Shown: in pieces, positions 57,201 to 64,000 of the stretch
Numbering within the stretch: the stretch's first letter is position 1
Layout: each line of letters opens with the position of its first letter
DNA from: the human T2T-CHM13v2.0 reference genome, Homo sapiens
DNA: 64,000 bases
Direction: 5' to 3' (one strand)
Assembly (NCBI RefSeq): GCF_009914755.1
Contig: NC_060928.1
The notes under the pieces: generated by a model
Told to the model about the DNA's origin: nothing
What the model saw: only the letters and a program-made list of their open reading frames with translations
Database searches by the model: none
Translations under genes and position numbers: made by a program

Positions 57201-60200
57201 CTTTGATATTTTATGTACAGTGTATAATACATACGTTGGGTACTTTGATATTTTATGTACAGGATATAATGCATACTTTGGGTACTTTGATAGTTTATGT
57301 ACAGTATATAATACTTACTTTAAGTACTTTGATATTTTATATATAGTATAAAATATATAGTTTGGGTAGTTTGATATTTTAAGTATAGTATATGATACAT
57401 ACTTTGGGTACTTAGATATTTTATCTACAGTGTATAATAAATACTATGGGTACTTTGATATATTATGTACAATAGATAATACATACTTTGGGTACTTTGA
57501 TATTTTATGTACAGTATATAATACATACTTTGGGTACTTTGATATTTTATGTACAGTGTATAATACATACATTGGGTGCTTTCATATTTCATGTACACTT
57601 TATAATATATATTTTGGGTACTTTGGTATATTATGTACTGTATATAATACATACTTTGAGTATTTTGATATTTTATGTACAGTATATAATACATACTTTG
57701 GGTACTTTGATATTTTATGTACAGTATACAATATATACTTTGCATATTTTGATATTTTATGTCCAGTATAGAATATATAGTTTTGGTAGTTTGATATTTT
57801 ATGTAGAGTATATAGTTTGAGTACTTTCACATTTTATGTACAGTTTATTATAAATGTTTGGGTGTTTTCATATTTTATGTACTGTATATAATACATACTT
57901 TGGGCACATTGATATTTTATGTACAGTATATAATACATACTTTGGGTACTCTGATATTTTATGTACAGTATATAATACATAATTTGGGTAGTTTGATATT
58001 TTATGTACAGTATATAATACATACTTTGAGTGCTTTGATATATTATGTACAGTATATAATACATACTTTGTGTACTTTGATATTTTATGTACAGTATACA
58101 ATATATACTTTGACTACTTTGATATTTTATGTCCAGTATAGAATACATAGTTTTGGTAGTTTGATATTTTATGTACAGTATATAGTTTGAGTACATTGAT
58201 ATTTTATGTACACTTTATTATAAATGTTTGGATACTTTCATATTTTATGTACAGTATATAATACATACTTTGGGCACTTTGATATTTTATGTACAGTATA
58301 CAATACATACTTTGGGTACTTTGATATTTTATGTACAGTATATAATACATAATTTGGGTACTTTGATATTTTATGTACAGTATATAATGCATACTTTGGG
58401 TACTTTGATGTTTTATGTACAGTATATAATACATACTTAGGGTACTTTGACATTTTATGTGCAGTATATAATACATACTTTGGGAACTTTGATATTTTAT
58501 GTACAGTATGTAGAACATACTTTGGGTACTTTGATATTTTATGTACAGGATATAATGCATACTTTGGGTACTTTGATAGTTTATGTACAGTATATAATAC
58601 ATACTTTGGGTACGTTGATATTTTATGTATAGTATAAAATATATAGTTTGGGTAGTTTGATATTTTATGTACAGTATGTAAAACATACTTTGGGGAGTTT
58701 GATATTTTATGTACAGTATGTAAAACATACTTTGGGGAGTTTGATATTTTATGAACAGTATATAATACACGTTTTGTGTATTTTGATATTTTATGTACAG
58801 TATATAATACATACTTTGGGTACTTTGATATTTTATGTACAGTATATATTACATACTTTGGGTACTTTGATATTTTATGTACAGTATACAATATATAGTT
58901 TGAGTACTTTGATATTTTATGTACATTATATAATACATACTTTGGGTACTCTGATATTTTATGTACAGTGTATAATACATACTTTGGGTACTTTGATATT
59001 TTATGTACAGTATATAATACATACATTGGGTACTTTGATATATTATGTACAGTATATAATACTTACTTGGGGTACTTTGATATTTTATGTACAGTATATA
59101 ATACATAGTTTGTGTACTTTGATATTTTATGTACAGTATATAATACATACTTTGGGTACTTTGATATTTTATGTACAGTATATAATACATACTTTGGGTA
59201 TCTTGACATTTTATGTACAGTATATAATGCATACTTTGTGTACTTTGATATTTTATGTACAGTATATAATGCATACTTTGGGTACTTTGATATTTTATGT
59301 ACAGTATGTAATACATACTTTGGGTACTTTGATATTTTATGTATAGTATATAATACATACTTTGTGTAGTTTGATATTTTATGTACAGTATACAATATAT
59401 AGTTTGAGTACTTTGTTATTTTTTGTCCAGTATAAAATATATAGTTTTCGTAATTGATATTTTATGTACAGAATATAGTTTGAGTACTTTGATATTTTAT
59501 GTACAATTTATTATAAATGTTTGGGTACTTTCATATTTTATGTACAGTATATAATACATACATTGGTCTCTTTGATGTTTTATGTACAGTATATAATACA
59601 TACTTTGGGTTCTTTTATATTTTATGTACAGAATATAATGCATAGTATTAGGTACTTTTATATTTTATGTACAGTATATAATACATACTTTGGGTACTTT
59701 GATATTTTATGTACAGTATATAATACATACTTTGGGAACTTTGATATTTTATGTATGGTATGTAATACATAATTTGGGTACTTTGATATTTTATGTACAG
59801 TATATAATACATACTATTGGTACTTTGATATTTTATGTACAGTATACAATATATAGTTTGAGTACTTTGATATTTTATGTCCAGTATAAAATATATAGAT
59901 TTCATACTTTGATATATTATTTACTGAATGTAGTTTGAGTACTTTGATATTTTATGTACACTTTATTATAAAAGTTTGGGTACTTTCATATTTTACGTAC
60001 AGTATATAATACATACTTTGGGCACTTTGATGTTTTATGTACAGTATATAATACATACTTTGGGTTCTTTGATATTTTATGTACAGCATATAATACATAA
60101 TTTGGGGACTTTTATATTTTATATACTTTATATTATACATACTTTGGGTACTTTTATATTTTATGTACGGTATATAATACATACTTTGGGTACTTTGATA

Positions 60201-62079
60201 TATTATGTACAGTATATAATACATACTTTGGGTACTTTGATATATTATGTACAGTATATAATACATACAAAGGGTACTTTGACATTTTATGTACAGTACA
60301 TAATACATACTTTGGGTACTTTGATATTTTATGTACAGTATATAATGCATACTTTGGATACTTTGATATTTTATGTACAGTATATAATACATACTTTGGG
60401 TACTTTGATATTTTATGTACAGTATGTAATGCATAATTTGGGTAATTGAATATTTTATGTGTAGTATATAATACATACTTTGGGTACTTTGATATTTTAT
60501 GGACAGTGTATAATACATACTTTGGGTACTCTGATATTTTATGTACAGTGTATAATATATAGTTTGGGTACTTTGATATTTTATATACAGTATATAATAC
60601 ATACTTTGGGTACTTTGATATTTTATGTACAGTATATAATACATACCTTGGGTACTTTGATATTTTATGTATAGTATATAATACATAATTTGGGTACTTT
60701 GATATTTTATGCACAGTATACAATATATAGTTTGAGTACTTTGATATTTTATGTACTGTATAAAGTATATAGTTTTGGTACTTTGATATTTTATGCACAG
60801 TATATAGTTTGAGTACTTTGATATTTTATGTACAGTTTGTTAAAAATGTTTGGGTGATTTCATATTTTATGTACAGTATATAATACATACTTTGGGCACT
60901 TTGATATCTTATGTACAGTATATAATACATACTTTGGGTACTTTTATATTTTATGTACAGTATATAATATATAGTTTGAGTACTTTGATATTTTATGTAC
61001 TGTATAAAATATATAGTTTTCGTAATTTGATATTTTATGTACAGTATATAGTTTGAGTACTTTGATATTTTATGTACAGTTTTTTATAAATGTTTGGGTG
61101 CTTTCATATTTTATGTACAGTATATAATACATACAAAGGGCAGTTTGATATTTTATGTCCAGTATATAATACATACTTTGGGTACTTTGATATTTTATGT
61201 ACAGTATATAGTTTGAGTACTTTGATATTTAATGTTCAGTTTATTATAAATGTTTGGGTGCTTTCATATTTTATATACAGTATATAATACATACTTTGGG
61301 CACCTTGATATTTTATGTACAGTATATAATACATACTTTGGGTACTTTGATATTTTATGTACGGTATATAATACATACATTGGGTACTTTGATATTTTAT
61401 GTACAGTATATAATATATACTTTGGGTACTTTGATATTTTATATACAGTATATAATATATATTATGTGTACTTTGATATATTCTGTGCAGTATATAATAT
61501 ATAGTTTGGGTTGTTTGATATTTTATGTACAGTATATAATATATAGTTTGGGTAGTTTGATATTTTAAGTACAGTATGTAATATATAGTTTGTGTTATTT
61601 GATATTTTATGTACAGTATACAATATATAGTACTGGTACTTTGATATTTCATGTAAAGTATATAGTTTGAGTACTTTGATATTTTATATACAGTTTATTA
61701 TAAATGTTTGGGTACCTTCATATTTTATGTACAGTATATAATACATACTTTGGGAACTTTTATTTTATGTGCAGTATATAATACATACTTTGGGTACTTT
61801 GATATTTTATGTACAGTATATAATACACACTTTGGGTACTTTGATATTTTATGTACAGTATATAATACACACTTTGGGTACTTTGATATTTTATGTACAG
61901 TATATAATACACACTTTGGGTACTTTGATATTTTATGTACAGTATATAATACATACTTTGGGTAATTTGATGTATTATGTACAGTATATAATACATACTT
62001 TGGGTACTTTGATATTTTATGTACAGTATATAATACATACTTTGGGTACTTTGATATTTTATGTACAGTATGTAATACA
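51210..62079 (+). repeat. ~11-kb block, copy 2 (copy 1 at ~7149-18490)
   Basis: ORF pairs 7298/51359, 9287/53341, 10530/54080, 12858/56404, 15101/58648, 16429/59976 and 17303/60850 are nearly identical. Confidence 0.9.
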
Positions 62080-64000
62080 TAATTTGGGTACTTTTATATT
62101 TTATGTATAGTATATAATACTTACTTTGGGTACTTTGATATTTTATGGACAGTGTATAATACATACTTTGGGTACTTTGATATTTTATGTACAGTATATA
62201 ACATATAGTTTGGGTAATTTGATATTTTATATACAGTATATAATACATACTTTGGGTACTTTGATATTTTATGTACAGTATATAATACATACTTTGGGTA
62301 CTTTGATATTTCATGCACAGTATACAATATATAGTTTGAGTACTTTGATATTTTATGTACTGTATAAAATATATAGTTTTGGTACTTTGATATTTTATGT
62401 ACAGTATATAGTTTGAGTACCTTGATATTTTATGTACAGTTTGTTATAAATGTTTGGGTGCTTTCATATTTTATGTACAGTATATAATACATACTTTGGG
62501 CACTTTGATATCTTATGTACAGTATATAATACATACTTTGGGTTCTCTGATATTTTCTGTACAGTGTATAATACATACTTTGGGTACTTTGATATTTTAT
62601 GTACAATATATAATACATACGTTGGGAACTTTGATATATTATGTACAGTATATAATACATACTTTGGGTACTTTGACATTTTATCTACAGTATACAACAC
62701 ATAGTTTGTGTACTTTGATATTTTATGTACAGTATATAATACATACTTTGGGTACTTTGATATTTTATGTACAGTACATAATACATACTTTGGGTACTTT
62801 CATATTTTATGTACAGTATATAATATATAGTTTGGTTACTTTGATATTTTATCTACAGTTTATAATACATACTTTGGATACTTTGAAACTTTATGTACAG
62901 TATATAATACGTACTTTGGGTACTTTGATATTTTATGTACAGTATAAAATATATAGTTTGAGTACTTTAATATTTTATGTGCAGTATAAAATATATAGAT
63001 TTGGTACTTTCATATTTTATGTACAGTATATAGTTTGAGTACTTTGATATTTTATGTACAGTATATAATACATACTTTGGGTACTTTGATATTTTATGTA
63101 CAGTATATAATACATACTTTGGGTATCTTGATATTTTATGTACAGTATATAGTTTGAGTACTTTGATATTTAATGTACAGTTTATTATAAATGTTTGGGT
63201 GCTTTCATATTTTATATACAGTATATAATACATACTTTGGGCACTTTGATATTTTCTGTACAGTATATATTACATACTTTGGGTACTTTGATATTTTATG
63301 TACAGTATACAATATATAGTTTGAGTACTTTGATATTTTATGTACTGTATAAAATATATAGTTTTGGTACTTTGATATTTTATGTACAGTATATAGATTG
63401 AGTACTTTGATATTTTATGTACAGTTTGTTATAAATGTTTGGGTGCTTTCATATTTTATGTACTGTATATAATACATGCTTTGGGCACTTTGATATTTTA
63501 TGTACAGTATATAATACATACTTTGGGTACTCTGATATTTTATGTACAGTGTATAATACATACTTTGGGTACTTTGATATTTTATGTACAGTATATAATA
63601 CATACTTTGGGAACTTTGATATTTTATGTACAGTATGTAATACATACTTTGGGTACTTTGATATTTTATGTACAGTATATAATACATACTATTGGTACTT
63701 TGATATTTTATGTACAGTATACAATATATAGTTTGAGTACTTTGATATTTTATGTCCAGTATAAAATATATAGATTTCATAGTTTGATATTTTATGTACT
63801 GAATGTAGTTTGAGTACTTTGATATTTTATGTACACTTTATTATAAAAGTTTGGGTACTTTCATATTTTACGTACAGTATATAATACATACTTTGGGCAC
63901 TTTGATGTTTTATGTACAGTATATAATACATACTTTGGGTTCTTTGATATTTTATGTACAGCATATAATACATAATTTGGGGACTTTTATATTTTATGTA

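Larger units (their letters stand above)
1..64000 (+). repeat. 42-bp AT-rich tandem satellite array, human satellite 1A (HSat1A / satellite I / SAR); about 1,500 monomers, T-rich strand on + throughout
   Basis: The consensus TACTTTGGGTACTTTGATATTTTATGTACAGTATATAATACA (19T/13A/6G/4C, no CpG) repeats from the first base to the last. Its reverse complement splits at the GTAC sites into ACATAAAATATCAAAGT (17 bp) and ACCCAAAGTATGTATTATATACTGT (25 bp), the classical satellite I A/B units. No non-satellite interruption or strand switch was seen. The chromosome cannot be assigned from the sequence alone, and a great-ape origin is not excluded. Confidence 0.95.

Noticed and set aside
17-63813. Hundreds of ORFs with 14-aa repeats (TLGTLIFYVQYIIH, YFGYFDILCTVYNT, MYYILYIKYQSTQS, VLYTVHKISKYPKY)
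   Set aside because: The 42-bp monomer is 14 codons and lacks stops in four of six frames. The ORFs overlap on both strands and end at cassette frameshifts or random stops, and nothing suggests coding constraint.
1-64000. CRISPR-like alternation of a conserved part (ACTTTGATATTTTATGTACAG) and a more variable part
   Set aside because: The variable parts are point variants of one sequence rather than unique spacers, and there is no cas gene or leader.
1-64000. Alpha-satellite or CENP-B box, HSat2/3, HSat1B
   Set aside because: There is no 171-bp period, CENP-B box, CATTC repeat or Alu-containing 2.4-kb unit.

Overview
The whole 64-kb window is one uninterrupted, single-orientation array of an AT-rich (~76% AT) 42-bp tandem satellite, consensus TACTTTGGGTACTTTGATATTTTATGTACAGTATATAATACA. 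Its two GTAC (RsaI) sites split each monomer into 17-bp and 25-bp units, the diagnostic structure of human classical satellite I (HSat1A, Repbase SAR) in pericentromeric and acrocentric heterochromatin. I found no genes, RNA genes, transposon insertions or CRISPR arrays. All listed ORFs are by-products of a 14-codon monomer that lacks stops in four frames. The informative signal is architectural. (1) A stereotyped punctuation cassette containing a 35-bp and a 41-bp monomer occurs about 105 times, giving variable higher-order units of 42n-8 bp. (2) There are nested duplications with periods or offsets of 496, 1167, 3610/4777, 4591, 7280, 17605 and ~43,550-44,060 bp, several with mappable crossover windows. 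(3) Two motifs are built into the monomer: a perfect Pumilio element (UGUACAUA) on the A-rich strand and a TCF/LEF core (CTTTGAT). Functional readings of these motifs are hypotheses only. Coordinates were derived by hand from the sequence and from offsets in the ORF track.
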